From an uncultured Gammaproteobacteria bacterium (GTDB lineage: Bacteria > Patescibacteriota > Patescibacteriia > VMEV01 > CAYQCH01), in assembly GCA_964503955.1 (NCBI GenBank), contig CAZDCG010000001.1:2962-66961 (forward strand): DNA of 64,000 nt, in the 5' to 3' direction. Under the pieces are notes generated by a model. It was not told the origin of the DNA and made no database searches. It worked only from the letters and a program-made list of their open reading frames with translations. Position numbers and translations under genes: made by a program. Below, one piece after another: positions 1-10,487 of the stretch; within the stretch, counting starts at the first letter, position 1, and every line of letters starts with the position of its first letter.

Positions 1-1621
1 TTCCCGAACCGGTAACATCGTTTGAAGCGATCAACCATACAGCTCCTCCCGCTCCGCTGGCCGGCCCACCTTGCGCATCCGTATTGATATTTCCTCCCAC
101 ATGAATATTCTGAGAGCTGATTTTCACAACCCCGCCTCCGTCGCGAGGAGTGTTTGTTCCGGAACCTGAACCTGGATCATATGGCTCATAAATAGAATCA
201 TATGGCACAGGAGGAACCCCTCCCGTCCCAACTCCACCATATCCGCCATGACTTCCACCCGCATTCACCGTTCCTCCACCTGTCGTCGTCGTGCCCCCAA
301 GCCCGTCGGACGTCCTTCCCGCTTTGAAACCCTTCGTAGAAACATCAATCTGTCCATCATTATTAATGGTAAAGTCGCCAGTTGTCGTTATGTCCAATCG
401 ATAGACAACGGAGGTTGTCGTGTCTGAATGGGTCAATATTGAATCAGCGCTTCCGACTCCATCTCCAATTTCCACGCGCGCAAATGCATGAGGTCCGTTT
501 ATCGTAAATGTACACCCGTTTATCTCAATAGGCTGGCCGTCATAGGTATTCTCTCCTTCATTAAGCAGATGATCCGGTTCCGCCGTACAAAGATCAACAG
601 GATCAACTCCGCTGATTGTGACCGTGTTGGACGATATTGGTGATCCGGGCATTCCAAGCGAATCGATCGGTGTCACTATCGCTTGCCAATTTTCACCTGA
701 TGTCGTTTCTTTATGTGAAATGAGAGAAGGACCGCCAACACCTGACATCCCGTCATTATACAGTTGCAAAATCTGCTGCGATGATAGAGCTCGTTCATAA
801 ACCTGAACCTCATCAATCAAACCCGTGAAATTATCGGTTGATCCTGCCGGGTTATGCGCACCAATGAGAAATGGAAGTGTTGATGTATACGTCCCGGTAC
901 TAGCATCTGTCGTAGAGGCAATATTTGCTCCGTCCACATATATCATGAGTCGGTCAGAGACCGTGTCTCGCACCATCATCAAATGATGCCAATTACCATC
1001 ATTAACAGTGACACCGGAAGCGACATTCGTGGTCACACCATTTGTGTCTCTCAGGAAAGCATTTGGTGCTCCAGAATTGATGATAATGGCAAATGTCCCA
1101 TTCTGCCCCGCAGCATTTTGCTTTCCTGCTGCTCGAATAGACGCTTTATTATCAGACGTATTAATCCAAAGCCCCAGACTGAAAGAATCAGCATTGGCAA
1201 AATCCAGTGCCGATGAATGCGCCACCTGCACGTGGTCGTCGATTCCATCCAATGAGACACAGGATCCTACTTTGCAACCAGTATGCTGAACGGCTGCGCC
1301 ATTCTCCAAACTAGGCGTAAAACCATTCCCGCTATATTCAGCAAGAGGCGCTTCCTGAAAAGGGATATTCAGAGCCATGAGGCTTTGTCCGTTCACGGAC
1401 CACTCATATGCCCCCGTATCGCTTCCAAGATCACTTTGTGATGTCAAATCTGAAAAGGTATCTAAAGTATTCGTTCCGTTATTAAGCGTGACTGATGTAA
1501 GAGCCAGGGTATTCTCAGCATGGTGTTTTTGCCACCACAAAAGATATGAGAAAGTGCAAAGCCCCACACCAACAATCATCAGTAAAATTGTTATCCATCC
1601 CCGTGGCCTAACGGGAGCCAT
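1..1621 (-). CDS. Secreted concanavalin A-like lectin/laminin-G (LamG) domain protein, partial (C-terminus beyond window start)
   Basis: Reverse-strand frame is open from the ATG at 1621 to position 1 (no stop in the window, hence absent from the ORF track). The N-terminus has a TM/signal segment (WITILLMIVGVGLCTFSYLLWW). A LamG_3-like motif block 'NFTGLIDEVQVYERALSSQQILQLYNDG' follows, then Gly/Thr-rich beta repeats. An AT-rich promoter-like stretch lies upstream. Confidence 0.6.
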   Translation of the reverse strand, partial: MAPVRPRGWITILLMIVGVGLCTFSYLLWWQKHHAENTLALTSVTLNNGTNTLDTFSDLTSQSDLGSDTGAYEWSVNGQSLMALNIPFQEAPLAEYSGNGFTPSLENGAAVQHTGCKVGSCVSLDGIDDHVQVAHSSALDFANADSFSLGLWINTSDNKASIRAAGKQNAAGQNGTFAIIINSGAPNAFLRDTNGVTTNVASGVTVNDGNWHHLMMVRDTVSDRLMIYVDGANIASTTDASTGTYTSTLPFLIGAHNPAGSTDNFTGLIDEVQVYERALSSQQILQLYNDGMSGVGGPSLISHKETTSGENWQAIVTPIDSLGMPGSPISSNTVTISGVDPVDLCTAEPDHLLNEGENTYDGQPIEINGCTFTINGPHAFARVEIGDGVGSADSILTHSDTTTSVVYRLDITTTGDFTINNDGQIDVSTKGFKAGRTSDGLGGTTTTGGGTVNAGGSHGGYGGVGTGGVPPVPYDSIYEPYDPGSGSGTNTPRDGGGVVKISSQNIHVGGNINTDAQGGPASGAGGAVWLIASNDVTGSG

Positions 1622-1663
1622 ATATTTTCATATTTTCACAATAATTTTACCATTGATACAACA

Positions 1664-1688
1664 AAAAGCCCTGTGGACAAGGCTTTTA
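1664..1688. terminator. Bidirectional intrinsic terminator hairpin (AGCC-CTGTGGACAA-GGCT flanked by A5/T4)
   Basis: Stem-loop aaaaagccctgtggacaaggctttta between convergent/tandem gene ends (uvrA stop at 1712). Confidence 0.5.
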
Positions 1689-1711
1689 TCTACGTGGAGT
1701 TATCTAACAAC

Positions 1712-4558
1712 CTAATTGTTCTTGAACATCCTACTCAAAAATTGTCCCGTATAGCTTGTTTTTACTTTCGCGACTTCTTCCGGAGTTCCTGTCGCAATGA
1801 TCGTTCCGCCTCTGTCTCCGCCTTCAGGCCCAAGGTCAATGAGATAATCCGCCGTCTTGATCACGTCCAAATTATGTTCGATCACAACAATGGTATTTCC
1901 TTTTTCAACAAGCCGGTTCAACACTTCAAGCAGCTTCTCGATATCTGCAAAATGCAATCCGGTTGTCGGTTCGTCAAGAATATAAATTGTGCGGCCGGTA
2001 TCGCGCTTTGATAATTCGGAAGTCAGCTTGATGCGCTGCGCTTCACCGCCTGAAAGCGTGGTTGAACTCTGCCCGAGGCGAATATAACCAAGCCCCACAT
2101 CATTGAGCGTGGCCATTTTCTTTTCAATGCGCGGAATCGGCTTGAAGAATTCCAGCGCCTCTTCCACCGTCATCTCAAGCACGTCGGCAATGGATTTGCC
2201 TCGGTATTTCACTTCAAGCGTTTCATCGTTATAACGCTTGCCCTTGCACTTTTCACATTCCACATATACATCGGGTAGAAAATGCATTTCAATGCGAATT
2301 ACTCCGTCTCCTTCGCAGTTTTCGCAGCGCCCGCCGGGTACATTAAAGCTGAAACGGCCGGCCTTGTAGCCGCGCGCCTTCGCTTCCTTTGTAGAAGCGA
2401 ATAGATCGCGGATATCGCCAAAGACCTTGATATAAGTCGCTGGATTTGAACGCGGGGTGCGCCCTATTGGCGACTGGTCGATGTTGATGACCTTATCGAG
2501 CTTGTCGAGTCCCTCGATTTTCTTGTGCTTGCCAGCCGTATAATTGGAACGAAATAAATTATTGGCAAGCCCCTTGTAGAGAATCTCATTGATCAACGTT
2601 GATTTTCCGCTGCCTGAAACTCCCGTCACGCAGGTAAATACGCCAAGCGGAAATGCAACATCAACGTTTTTAAGATTATTCTGATTGGCTCCGATGATGC
2701 GAACAAAATCCTTTGGTTCACGGCGTTTTGCCGGAACATGGATTTTGCGCTTGCCTGAAAGAAATTGACCGGTGATGGACCGAGGATGCTTTTTAACCTG
2801 CGAGGGTGTTCCGGCTACGACAACTTTCCCTCCATGCACGCCGGCACCAGGTCCGATATCGACCACAAAGTCTGCTTCAGCAATCGTATCTTCATCATGT
2901 TCCACCACCACAAGCGTATTTCCCAGATCGCGAAGGCGCTTCAACGTGGCGAGCAAGCGCTGATTGTCGCGCTGATGCAAACCGATAGACGGCTCATCAA
3001 GGATATACAAAACGCCGCGGAGCTCGGACCCGATTTGCGTGGCCAGGCGGATGCGCTGCCCCTCTCCTCCGGACAATGTCCCAGCCGATCGATTCAACGT
3101 AAGGTACCCCAAGCCAACATCGATCAAAAATGTCAGGCGGTTCTCGATCTCCTTCAGCACCATTTTCACCACTTCCCTCTCGGTCGCCGTGAAATTGAAT
3201 GTTTTTAGCTGCTTGGCCGCTTTCTCAACGGAAAGATTTGTAAAATCAACAATATTCATGCCGCCGATCGTCACCCCAAGCACAACCGGCTTGAGGCGCT
3301 GTCCTTTGCAGGCCGGGCATGGCTTTTCTGTCATGAATTGCATGATTTGCGCGCGGCGTTCTTCCGAATCCGTTTCCTGCAAGTACCGCTCAAGTTGGGG
3401 AATAATCCCCTCCCATTTCCCGACATGCTTATACATGGATCCAGTTCTTTGCGATTCAAATACCACTTCAATATTTTTGTCGCTTCCGTAGAGAAGCATA
3501 TCAACAACCTTGCGAGGCAAGTCTTTGATCGGCGTAATCATGTCAAACCCGTACTGCTCGGCCATGGCTTCCACATAGCTTTTTCTCCAGGAGCTCGGCC
3601 CCTTCCATGCGGCCACCGCCCCGATATCGGACAAGGCCAGGTCTTTATTAGGGAAGATCAGGTCTTCATCAAATTCCTGAGCAATCCCAAGCCCATGGCA
3701 GGTTTCGCATGCACCAAATGGCGAATTGAACGAAAATAATCGAGGTTCAAGCTGTTCCACATTCACGTGGCCGTCTGGGCAGGAAAGATGGCGGGAAAAC
3801 AATTCCTCTTTTCCGTTTTCTCCGATCATGACAAGCACGAGCCCGTCAGCCGCGTCCAAAGCAACTTCAATCGCATCGTTCAAACGAGTTTTGGTTTCCT
3901 TGTCTTTGCTAACTTTCAAACGATCCACGATCACCTCGATATGATGCTTCTTTTGCTTATCAAGCTTGATCTCTTCTGAAATGTCATACACCTTGCCATT
4001 CACGCGGACACGCACAAATCCGTCTTTCTCAAGACGTTTGAACAGCTGCTCATAGGTTCCTTTTTTTCCGCGGATAACTGGCGCGAGAATTTGCACCTTG
4101 GTTCCTTCTTTTTCCGCCAGCAGCTTTTTGGTGATATCCTGCGCGGATTGCGCGGTAATTTCCTTGCCGCAGACAGGACAATGCGGCTTGCCAACGCGCG
4201 CATAGAGCAAGCGAAGATAGTCGTAAATTTCCGTGATCGTTCCAACCGTAGAACGCGGATTCTTCGAAACCGTTTTCTGCTCAATAGAGATGGCCGGACT
4301 CAACCCGCTGATCGCGTCAACGTCAGGCTTATTCATCAATCCGAGAAACTGGCGTGCGTATGCCGAAAGCGACTCAACATAACGGCGCTGACCTTCCGCG
4401 TAAATCGTATCAAAAGCTAAAGAGGACTTCCCCGATCCGGAGAGTCCTGTGATGACATTGAATTTATTGAGCGGGAGCTTTACGTCGATATCTTTGAGAT
4501 TGTGCTCGCGCGCTCCTTTGATGATGAGGTAGTCTTGGTTTTTAGACATGGGGTACAA
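1712..4558 (-). CDS. uvrA: Excinuclease ABC subunit A (UvrA)
   Basis: 948 aa. Two ABC ATPase modules ([14 protein letters not shown]..., [14 protein letters not shown]...), zinc-finger cysteines, and typical UvrA N-terminus [19 protein letters not shown]. Confidence 0.97.
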   Translation of the reverse strand: MYPMSKNQDYLIIKGAREHNLKDIDVKLPLNKFNVITGLSGSGKSSLAFDTIYAEGQRRYVESLSAYARQFLGLMNKPDVDAISGLSPAISIEQKTVSKNPRSTVGTITEIYDYLRLLYARVGKPHCPVCGKEITAQSAQDITKKLLAEKEGTKVQILAPVIRGKKGTYEQLFKRLEKDGFVRVRVNGKVYDISEEIKLDKQKKHHIEVIVDRLKVSKDKETKTRLNDAIEVALDAADGLVLVMIGENGKEELFSRHLSCPDGHVNVEQLEPRLFSFNSPFGACETCHGLGIAQEFDEDLIFPNKDLALSDIGAVAAWKGPSSWRKSYVEAMAEQYGFDMITPIKDLPRKVVDMLLYGSDKNIEVVFESQRTGSMYKHVGKWEGIIPQLERYLQETDSEERRAQIMQFMTEKPCPACKGQRLKPVVLGVTIGGMNIVDFTNLSVEKAAKQLKTFNFTATEREVVKMVLKEIENRLTFLIDVGLGYLTLNRSAGTLSGGEGQRIRLATQIGSELRGVLYILDEPSIGLHQRDNQRLLATLKRLRDLGNTLVVVEHDEDTIAEADFVVDIGPGAGVHGGKVVVAGTPSQVKKHPRSITGQFLSGKRKIHVPAKRREPKDFVRIIGANQNNLKNVDVAFPLGVFTCVTGVSGSGKSTLINEILYKGLANNLFRSNYTAGKHKKIEGLDKLDKVINIDQSPIGRTPRSNPATYIKVFGDIRDLFASTKEAKARGYKAGRFSFNVPGGRCENCEGDGVIRIEMHFLPDVYVECEKCKGKRYNDETLEVKYRGKSIADVLEMTVEEALEFFKPIPRIEKKMATLNDVGLGYIRLGQSSTTLSGGEAQRIKLTSELSKRDTGRTIYILDEPTTGLHFADIEKLLEVLNRLVEKGNTIVVIEHNLDVIKTADYLIDLGPEGGDRGGTIIATGTPEEVAKVKTSYTGQFLSRMFKNN

Positions 4559-4771
4559 ATCACGAATCGGATACGAATGTACGAATAATGCAGTTCTTTG
4601 ACATTTTTGCGGACTGGCCCGTTATCCCGACCGGAGCGGAGGGATCTCATCCGTAGCATCAACATATTCATCCCTTATCGATGCGATCTCTCGGCAGGCT
4701 CGAGATGACATTCAACCTGGGGGATCTTCACTGGGACAGCTGGCTAACTATACTGATTTTTTCGCAAGATT

Positions 4772-5506
4772 TCAAGTGCCCTCATCGGTCAATGGCTCAT
4801 ATTGTGCATCTAGCCACTCTTTTAATTCTTCAAATTGATGAGCGAGCTTTTTGTTATCGAGGCGAAGGTTGAACTTCTTCTTTCCCATCTGAAGCTGCAA
4901 AAAGCTATTTTCCCCTTTTGCAAAGATGAGTATGACCCGATCTTCCCCGGAAAATTGCATTATTTTCGGGTTTGAAAACAACCTTCGATAAAAGACGATT
5001 TGCCTGCTTGAAAATACGACTTTGCTGATATCTGTTAGATATTCAATTCCCTCATTGATCAGGGTAAAGCTCAAAATCACACCGGCTACAATCGAGGCTG
5101 TAATGAATTTTGATTCAAATAGCTCACCATCACTACTAAAGAGCGAATAAATAAACGCGATGAAAACACTCCGTACTAAATTTTTTAAAACATGACGCCA
5201 ATAATTTTTTCGTATCTCAAGCGTGAACCTTTCTGGATGCGCACTGTCAGGAATACTGTACACATATCTCACTCCTTTTTCTCTGGAGACTTCCACCTGA
5301 GTTTTATATCCATAGAAAAACATCCCAAAAATAAGTAAAACGATTTCAAGAAAGAGAACGACGATAAAAAGATCAATGAATTTAGGTAATGGAACCAAAA
5401 TATCGTTGATCAAATCGTATGCAGCCCAAACAACAACAAGCATTATGGGAAGAGCAATGGAAGCTATCAGCATCCATTTACCTATTTTTTTGAATTTACT
5501 TCTCAT
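4772..5506 (-). CDS. Hypothetical membrane protein with C-terminal bacterial PH-like domain
   Basis: Two N-terminal TM helices, then a ~120-aa soluble region resembling YdbS/YdbT-type bPH domains. No catalytic motif. Confidence 0.45.
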   Translation of the reverse strand: MRSKFKKIGKWMLIASIALPIMLVVVWAAYDLINDILVPLPKFIDLFIVVLFLEIVLLIFGMFFYGYKTQVEVSREKGVRYVYSIPDSAHPERFTLEIRKNYWRHVLKNLVRSVFIAFIYSLFSSDGELFESKFITASIVAGVILSFTLINEGIEYLTDISKVVFSSRQIVFYRRLFSNPKIMQFSGEDRVILIFAKGENSFLQLQMGKKKFNLRLDNKKLAHQFEELKEWLDAQYEPLTDEGT

Positions 5507-5569
5507 AAAGTAAGCATTAACTCTATCTCACTCGTCATTCCCGCGCAGGCGGGAATGACGGAGACACAT

Positions 5570-7525
5570 CTACAACACATCATCATCCGGCAGACCATGT
5601 TCCTTGCGCAGCTCTGAAATTTTATCTCGCAGTTCAATTGCTCGTTCAAAATCAAGCTGCTCAGCCGCCATTTGCATGCCCGCTTCCATTTCCGCGATGA
5701 GATCATGGACATTATCCACGTCGGCATATACCTTCTTGAGATCAGCTTCCAGAGACAATCGTTCCGCGATTGCCTTCTTAATCGTTGTAGGCGTAATGCC
5801 ATGCTCTTTATTGTACGCTTCCTGGATTTTTCGGCGGCGCTCCGTTTCTTTCATTGCTCGCTTCATGGAATCCGTTTTCTTTGATGCATACATAATCACG
5901 CGTCCCTTATCATTTCGCGCCGCGCGGCCAATCGTCTGAATCAAACTGCGTTCATTGCGCAGAAACCCTTCTTTGTCCGCATCGAGAATGGCGACCAGCT
6001 CGACTTCTGGAATATCAAGGCCTTCTCGCAGCAAGTTGATTCCCACAAGACAGTCGAACTTGCCCATGCGCAAATCGCGGATGATCTCGGTGCGCTCAAG
6101 CGAGTCGATTTCACTATGCAGATACCGCACCCGCACGCCGTTTTTGGCCAGATAATCCGCCAGGTCTTCGGCCATGCGCTTGGTCAGCGTCGTGACAAGT
6201 ACGCGGTTTCCTCGCTCAGCCGTTGACTGAATTTCGGCCAGCAAATCTTCAATCTGGCCGGCGGGTTTGCGCACGTCGATAAGAGGATCAAGCAAACCGG
6301 TCGGACGGATAATCTGCTCAACCATTTCAGGCGCATGCTTCTTTTCATAGTCGCCCGGTGTCGCGCTCACAAAGATTGTCTGGCGCATGTAGGTTTCAAA
6401 CTCCTCAAACTTGAGCGGACGATTATCAAGCGCGCTTGGCAAACGGAATCCATATTCAACCAAGGTTTCTTTACGAGAACGATCTCCCTTATACATTCCG
6501 CCTACTTGCGGAACCGAGACATGCGATTCATCTATGAACAGCAAAAAATCCTCAGGAAAGAAATCAAGCAATGTCATCGGCGGCTCGCCGGGCTTGCGGC
6601 CCTCGAAGTGGCGTGAGTAATTCTCAATGCCTTTGCAAACGCCAAGCTCTTTGATGAGCTCAAGATCATAAAGCGTGCGCTGCCTGAGCCGATGCGCTTC
6701 AAGCTCAGGGAGTTCTTTCAACCGTTCTTCCAATTCCTCGCGGATACTTTTCAATGCAGGTTTTTGCTTTTCAGGATCTACCCAGAACGGACTTCTTGGA
6801 AAAATCATAGCCTCATCAAGCTCTTTGAGCTCCTTCTGCGTAATCAAATGGCGTTCCGTAATACGGTCGATTTCATCACCGAACAGCTCGAAGCGATAAA
6901 TGATGCCGCCATATCCCTGGATGAGATCAATTGTGTCTCCCTTGGCGCGAAAGGTACCTGTTTTCAATTCCGTATCATTACGCTCAAAGCCGGATTTCAC
7001 CAGTTTATGCAGCAAATCCTGCTTTTTGATTTTGTCTCCCTTTTTGATCGCGAAGCTCCCCATCTTGAATGTTTCTGGACTTCCAAATCCGTAAATACAG
7101 GAAACCGAAGCAATGATAATCACATCGCGTCGCGAAACCAGGTCGGCAGCGGCCGCCAGTCGGAATTCTTCGATCTTTTCGTTCACCAGCGTTGATTTTT
7201 CGATGAATGTATCACTGGCCGGCAAATAGCTTTCAGGCTGGTAATAATCGTAATAAGAAATGAAGTAATTGACTCTATTATCCGGGAAAAACTGCTTCAT
7301 CTCGCTATATAGCTGAGCGGCTAATGTTTTATTGTGAGACAAAATCAACGCAGGCCGGTCAAACTGCGCGATGACATTGGCCATGGTAAATGTCTTCCCG
7401 CTGCCGGTCACGCCAAGAAGCGACTGGAAGCGGTTCCCCGACTCAATACCTTTGACCAGCTTTTCAATCGCCTGCGGCTGATCACCGGTTGGTTTGTATT
7501 CGGATTGGAGTTTAAAGATGGACAT
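5570..7525 (-). CDS. uvrB: Excinuclease ABC subunit B (UvrB)
   Basis: 651 aa. Walker A GVTGSGKTFTMAN, helicase motifs, and a UvrB/UvrC interaction tail (ELRDKISELRKE). Confidence 0.97.
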   Translation of the reverse strand: MSIFKLQSEYKPTGDQPQAIEKLVKGIESGNRFQSLLGVTGSGKTFTMANVIAQFDRPALILSHNKTLAAQLYSEMKQFFPDNRVNYFISYYDYYQPESYLPASDTFIEKSTLVNEKIEEFRLAAAADLVSRRDVIIIASVSCIYGFGSPETFKMGSFAIKKGDKIKKQDLLHKLVKSGFERNDTELKTGTFRAKGDTIDLIQGYGGIIYRFELFGDEIDRITERHLITQKELKELDEAMIFPRSPFWVDPEKQKPALKSIREELEERLKELPELEAHRLRQRTLYDLELIKELGVCKGIENYSRHFEGRKPGEPPMTLLDFFPEDFLLFIDESHVSVPQVGGMYKGDRSRKETLVEYGFRLPSALDNRPLKFEEFETYMRQTIFVSATPGDYEKKHAPEMVEQIIRPTGLLDPLIDVRKPAGQIEDLLAEIQSTAERGNRVLVTTLTKRMAEDLADYLAKNGVRVRYLHSEIDSLERTEIIRDLRMGKFDCLVGINLLREGLDIPEVELVAILDADKEGFLRNERSLIQTIGRAARNDKGRVIMYASKKTDSMKRAMKETERRRKIQEAYNKEHGITPTTIKKAIAERLSLEADLKKVYADVDNVHDLIAEMEAGMQMAAEQLDFERAIELRDKISELRKEHGLPDDDVL

Positions 7526-7653
7526 AGATACTTGGGAGAATGGGGCTAACGAGAAGAGCCGGATAGAATCATGAGGATCTGGGCAGACTAGCGCATTCCA
7601 TCGATAATAACAAGGCTGCTGCTAGCTAATCTAGCGCGTCTGGCACGTCTATT

Positions 7654-8256
7654 TTACCTCCACTCTTTATAAAATTGTTCGAGAAATGCTTCCATAAATC
7701 TGTGGCGCTCTTCAGCCAGTTTCTTGCCTGTTTCCGTATTCATTACATCTTTGAGTTTGAGCAGCTTGTCGTAAAAATGCTGAATGGAATGCTGGCCGTC
7801 CGCAGATTCAGGATCATAGATGGGCCGTCCTTTTTTCCCGCCATACGCAAAACAACGCGCAATGCCGATTGCCCCAAGCGCCTCAAGCCGATCAGCGTCC
7901 TGAACTATTTTCCCTTCAAGCGTCGGCATAGGTCCTTTTTGAGCTGAAAATGACTGATCCTCGATGATCTGGCAAAGATGATCGACCTGCTCAAGCGCGA
8001 GGGAAAATTGCGCAAGAAATGCTCTTGCCACGCGCGGCCCAACTGAATGATCACCGCCATGCATTTTCGAGTCGGCGATATCATGCAATAAGGCGGCAAG
8101 CTCAACGAAAAAAAGATCCGCCCCTGTCTCATACCGGGCGATCTCCAGCGCATTATTGCGAACACGATGAATATGCCACCAGTCATGCCCGGAAGATTCC
8201 CCCGAGAGCCTGGAGCGGACAAACAACTCGGTTTGCTTGATGATTTGAGCATGCAT
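7654..8256 (-). CDS. HD-domain metal-dependent phosphohydrolase (YpgQ/YedJ-like)
   Basis: H...HD motif (WHIHRV...LLHDIADSK), and a downstream D in QDADRLEALGAIG. Confidence 0.8.
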   Translation of the reverse strand: MHAQIIKQTELFVRSRLSGESSGHDWWHIHRVRNNALEIARYETGADLFFVELAALLHDIADSKMHGGDHSVGPRVARAFLAQFSLALEQVDHLCQIIEDQSFSAQKGPMPTLEGKIVQDADRLEALGAIGIARCFAYGGKKGRPIYDPESADGQHSIQHFYDKLLKLKDVMNTETGKKLAEERHRFMEAFLEQFYKEWR

Positions 8257-8267
8257 AATACCTCCCC

Positions 8268-8648
8268 CTATGATCCCCCTCCTGTGCCAAGAGGGGGATG
8301 TGCATCTATGAACCGTTCAATTTTGTTCAAAACCTCATGAACATCATTCACTATTTCATCGTTCCTAAATCGGAAGACGGTAATTCCAAGCGACTGGATC
8401 TGATCATCTCTGGAAAGATCATAGCTTTTACGCTGACGATGAATTTCTCCATCAACCTCGACCGCAAGCCTCACCGCAGGACAATAAAAGTCCACATAAT
8501 AGTTCAAAATCTGGTAATTCCGCCTAAACCTCAATCCTCTTATCTGCTTTCTACGAAGGTATTCCCACAAAATTTTTTCATACTCGGTACTTCGCGAGCG
8601 AATCTGGCGGCGGAGGTGCTTTGACCTCGGATCATTAAAGCGATACAT
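8268..8648 (-). CDS. DUF559 (Vsr/restriction-endonuclease-like fold) domain protein
   Basis: 126 aa. Pattern YYVDFYCPAVRLAVEVDGEIH typical of DUF559 endonuclease-domain proteins. Confidence 0.7.
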   Translation of the reverse strand: MYRFNDPRSKHLRRQIRSRSTEYEKILWEYLRRKQIRGLRFRRNYQILNYYVDFYCPAVRLAVEVDGEIHRQRKSYDLSRDDQIQSLGITVFRFRNDEIVNDVHEVLNKIERFIDAHPPLGTGGGS

Positions 8649-8697
8649 AACGTTCTCCCCTCCTGGTTCAGGAGGGGCCGGGGGAGGTAGAAAAAAT

Positions 8698-9141
8698 TTA
8701 TGTAACGTCCATTGGTTCCAAAAAGTAATCCACCGCGAGCTTCACATTGGGAGCGCAGTCGTCAGGCAGATTATTGATATCATGCCACCCCCACTCAGTA
8801 ACATCTCGACCGGGAGTGATATCTCCCCGCCGCAGAGCCAGATAATGAATCAAAATCACATGTTCTTTTACGCCTCCGTCTTCCCGCTCAAAAGCAACAA
8901 CGAAAGGCCCTCTTACCAGCTCCACATCAATCCCCAGCTCTTCTTTTGCTTCCCGCATAGCTGTCTGGTGCATGGATTCTGCGTCACGCAGGCGACCTCC
9001 CGGAAACTTCCAAAAGCCGTCTTCTCCATGTTTATCCAGCAGAACCTTGCCGTCTTCAATAATAATGGGTCCTGAGGCAATGGTTACCTTCACGGATCGT
9101 CCTTCAGTATCAGCGCCCAGATGTCCTTTGAATTCCACCAT
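8698..9141 (-). CDS. NUDIX hydrolase
   Basis: Nudix box GGRLRDAESMHQTAMREAKEELGI. I chose the start at the internal Met (MVEFKGH...), because the longer ORF-track start would overlap the divergent pseudouridine synthase gene. Confidence 0.75.
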   Translation of the reverse strand: MVEFKGHLGADTEGRSVKVTIASGPIIIEDGKVLLDKHGEDGFWKFPGGRLRDAESMHQTAMREAKEELGIDVELVRGPFVVAFEREDGGVKEHVILIHYLALRRGDITPGRDVTEWGWHDINNLPDDCAPNVKLAVDYFLEPMDVT

Positions 9142-9201
9142 ATTTGCTCTATGATAAAGCTCTATACCGATTGTAGATGACTTTTCTTTGCCATACAAAC
9201 T

Positions 9202-9897
9202 ATGCAAGTGCGGCTCCAAAAATACCTCGCCGACCAAGGAATCGCTTCCCGCCGCAAAGCGGAAAGCCTGATCAAAGGAGGCAGCGTCAAAGTAAACGGC
9301 GTTATTGCCGTGATCGGCCAAAAAGTTGATCCTGATAAAGACGAGGTGGTTGTTTCAGGACAAGACCTGAGCGTCAAAAGTGCAGAAAAAGTTGTTTTCG
9401 CGTTCAACAAACCGAAAGGCGTAACAGCTACTAATCGACGATTCAAAGGCGAACGGAATATCACTTCATATCTCCCAAAAGAATACAGGCTTTTCCCAGC
9501 CGGCCGTCTGGATAAAGACTCGCGCGGTCTGATGATTCTCACCAACGACGGCGAGCTTTCGTATGAACTCACGCATCCTTCAAACAAAGTCGAAAGAGAA
9601 TACCATGTAAAAGCGCGTAGAGAACTTTCCGATCTGGATCTTAAACGCATTCGCAAAGGCATTAACTATGACAAAGAATTTTACGAGGTGATTTCCATCC
9701 GGGAAAAGGGACCAAAGACCTACCGGATCGTTTTGCGCGAAGGAAATAAGCGACATATCCGCACCTTGTTCAAAGCGCTGCACAATGAAGTCGTAGATCT
9801 TTATTGCAGACGCGTTGGCCAATATGAGATCGGCCATTTGCCAAGCGGGAAGTATAAAAAACTGAATGAAAAAGAGATAGAAGAACTCGTTGGCTAG
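9202..9897 (+). CDS. Pseudouridine synthase, RsuA/RluB family (S4 domain + PseudoU_synth_2)
   Basis: N-terminal S4 RNA-binding domain (RLQKYLADQGIASRRKAESLIKGGSVKVNG), and catalytic GRLDKDSRGLMILTNDG. Confidence 0.9.
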   Translation: MQVRLQKYLADQGIASRRKAESLIKGGSVKVNGVIAVIGQKVDPDKDEVVVSGQDLSVKSAEKVVFAFNKPKGVTATNRRFKGERNITSYLPKEYRLFPAGRLDKDSRGLMILTNDGELSYELTHPSNKVEREYHVKARRELSDLDLKRIRKGINYDKEFYEVISIREKGPKTYRIVLREGNKRHIRTLFKALHNEVVDLYCRRVGQYEIGHLPSGKYKKLNEKEIEELVG

Positions 9898-9963
9898 AAT
9901 CCTTGCCCACCCCGCCCTTCAATCATATTCCTTTTACTTCATAGTGCGCCCTTCTTCATCGCG

Positions 9964-10031
9964 TCACCCCCGCGGATAAACCTCTCCTTGCGCATCAAGC
10001 CAAAACCACTGCCAGCGGGGGTCTCAAAGTT
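9964..10031. repeat. Hairpin/inverted-repeat element (downstream arm) flanking the GIY-YIG pseudogene
   Basis: tcaCCCCCGCGG...CCAGCGGGGGtctcaaagtt. Its last 20 nt are the reverse complement of the first 20 nt of the 10316..10384 element. Confidence 0.6.
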
Positions 10032-10312
10032 CCTCGGATAAATCCTCCCAGTTAGGACTGGCCTTTTCAATCAACTCGATCTTCCAACCGCGATTCCATC
10101 TTTTTAGCTGCTTTTCCCTCATAATGGTTCCTTCAATAGATGGAATTTCTTCGAAATACACCAGTTTATCTAAACAGTATCTGGCTGTGAATCCCTTATT
10201 CACTTTTTGTTGATGCTCCCAAACCTGTCGCGCGATATTTTGTAACGCCGATATACAAAACACCATTGGGTTTATTGGTCATGATGTATACGTAAAAACG
10301 GTGTTGATACAT
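10024..10312 (-). pseudogene. GIY-YIG nuclease (YhbQ/COG2827-like), frameshifted
   Basis: N-terminal piece MYQHRFYVYIMTNKPNGVLYIGVT (GIY-YIG) in one frame; continuation NIARQVWEHQQKVNKGFTARYCLDKLVYFEE...REKQLKRWNR in the +1 frame. The break maps to a T4/A4 homopolymer at ~10237-10240, so it is either a true pseudogene or a sequencing indel. Confidence 0.7.
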
Positions 10313-10315
10313 AAA

Positions 10316-10384
10316 AACTTTGAGATCCCCGCTGGCCAAACAAATTGACGCCTGCGGCGAACGGAACAATCCGCGGGGATGACG
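10316..10384. repeat. Hairpin/inverted-repeat element (upstream arm) flanking the GIY-YIG pseudogene
   Basis: aactttgagatCCCCGCTGG...CCGCGGGGatga begins 3 nt after the GIY-YIG start codon. It is the inverted partner of 9964..10031. Confidence 0.6.
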
Positions 10385-10458
10385 ATGGAGAGGATGTTTT
10401 TGAAAAATAAAAAAGCCGTGCATTTTGACAACGACGGTAACTGAGGAGGCACGTTCAT

Positions 10459-10487
10459 GTCGGACGGGGGCTCTGTCCCCGTCCGCA
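10459..10487. repeat. Solitary REP-like hairpin (same family as the RAYT-flanking arrays)
   Basis: gtcggacgggggctctgtccccgtccgc is near-identical to hairpin H1 of the 30.5-31.9 kb REP arrays. Confidence 0.55.

Noticed and set aside
2765-4420. Multiple 100-150-aa plus-strand ORFs inside uvrA
   Set aside because: They are antisense to a highly conserved gene and have no motifs.
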